From a virus: a DNA stretch of 34,788 bases. The stretch spans positions 1 to 34,788 of IMG/VR virus record IMGVR_UViG_3300002036_000002; one strand, written 5' to 3'. The notes under the pieces were generated by a model. That model saw only the letters and a program-made list of their open reading frames with translations. It ran no database searches and was not told where the DNA came from. A program made the position numbers and the translations under genes. This document shows positions 34,215 to 34,788 of this stretch, piece after piece (the stretch's first letter is position 1; each line of letters begins with the position of its first letter).

Positions 34215-34788
34215 TGCCAGAGATTCCGATTATCAGCAATATTCCGACCGCCAGGAATGAGGTGCCAATTGTGCAGAGGCTAGATTTCAGAAGAGTCGAT
34301 CTTTCTGGAGTAGCTTCTGCTGGTCAGAGGTCTAATATTCCAGTTCAACCATTTGTTGACGCTGCTGGAGCAGGTCAGGCTACAGCTAAAGCTCTTTCGG
34401 ATGCTTCCAGCTTTTTACAAGGTGTTGCAGAAAAGCAATTTCAAGCTAGAAATGTAAGAGCTGTGGCTGATGCTGAAACCGCAGTAATACAAGCCCGGGC
34501 AGATTTTGAAGAATTCAAATCTCAAAATTCAAATTCTCCTGAAATTTGGGGAGAAGAGTGGGATAGGGTTACAAAAAAATTAAAGGGATCTCTCATTGAT
34601 CCAAGCAATTCATTATCGCAAGTTGCTGCACAAGAAATAGGATTAAGAATCGATCGCCATATTGCTACAGGATCAGCTCGCGTAAGAGGAGATGCAACGA
34701 AGAGGGAATTTATTTTAACTAGGGATTCTCTTAGGGCAAGAATTGATGCCGCAACAGAAATAGGAGATATTAATGGAGTAGAAGAGGC
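34214..34788 (+). CDS. 5' part of the internal virion protein (gp15 position), continuing into 1..974 across the junction.
   Basis: ATG 34214 overlaps the upstream TAA (ataATGcc). The frame stays open to the window end, and phase is preserved through the 49-nt terminal repeat. Confidence 0.7.
   Translation, partial: MPEIPIISNIPTARNEVPIVQRLDFRRVDLSGVASAGQRSNIPVQPFVDAAGAGQATAKALSDASSFLQGVAEKQFQARNVRAVADAETAVIQARADFEEFKSQNSNSPEIWGEEWDRVTKKLKGSLIDPSNSLSQVAAQEIGLRIDRHIATGSARVRGDATKREFILTRDSLRARIDAATEIGDINGVEE
34740..34788. repeat. Terminal direct repeat, identical to 1..49.
   Basis: Same 49-mer as at the window start. Confidence 0.95.

Noticed and set aside
1-34788. A lysogeny module (integrase, CI/Cro pair, attP) or defence islands.
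   Set aside because: I found no tyrosine or serine recombinase motifs, no divergent repressor pair and no minus-strand genes. The only small DNA-binding protein is the RHH at 13656. Absence cannot be proven without HMM searches.

Overview
The window looks like a complete phage genome. Nt 1-49 are identical to nt 34740-34788, so the unique length is about 34,739 bp, circular or circularly permuted. One gene (34214..end plus 1..974) reads in frame across the junction. All credible genes are on the + strand; the minus-strand ORFs in the track are antisense shadows. The layout is mosaic. The virion module follows T7 gene order: portal, scaffold, capsid, tubular proteins A and B, three or four internal core proteins including an 1893-aa giant, then a tail fibre with a T7 gp17-like N-terminus and a sialidase-like BNR propeller. 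It is preceded by terS and terL and followed by a lysis cluster (Amidase_2 endolysin, 3-TM holin, a membrane-anchored PAS-like protein). Replication and recombination genes are lambdoid or host-dependent: VRR-NUC nuclease, RecT-like annealase, PD-(D/E)XK exonuclease, DUF1376 initiator and DnaB helicase. I could not recognise a phage RNA polymerase, DNA polymerase, integrase, tRNA or CRISPR array. The most unusual part is the early accessory region (about 13.4-17.2 kb). It begins with an AT-rich control region with a sigma70-like promoter and perfect palindromes, then a ribbon-helix-helix gene that is missing from the supplied ORF track. Next comes a tandem triplication (374-bp period) of a two-gene cassette, a 44-aa Cys-containing peptide plus a small acidic protein. 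In each copy the two genes are joined by an almost invariant 48-nt element. That element starts right after an in-frame TGA, has a compensatory base-pair substitution between copies, and can also form a SECIS-like hairpin; the first copy's downstream gene has no canonical start codon. After the cassette lies a GC-richer island carrying a 24-nt direct repeat. A second strong DNA-level signal is an array of eight CAAG-containing units phased at exactly 11 bp inside the DUF1376 initiator gene, which I read as a candidate origin. All domain calls come from motif recognition by eye, not from database searches.
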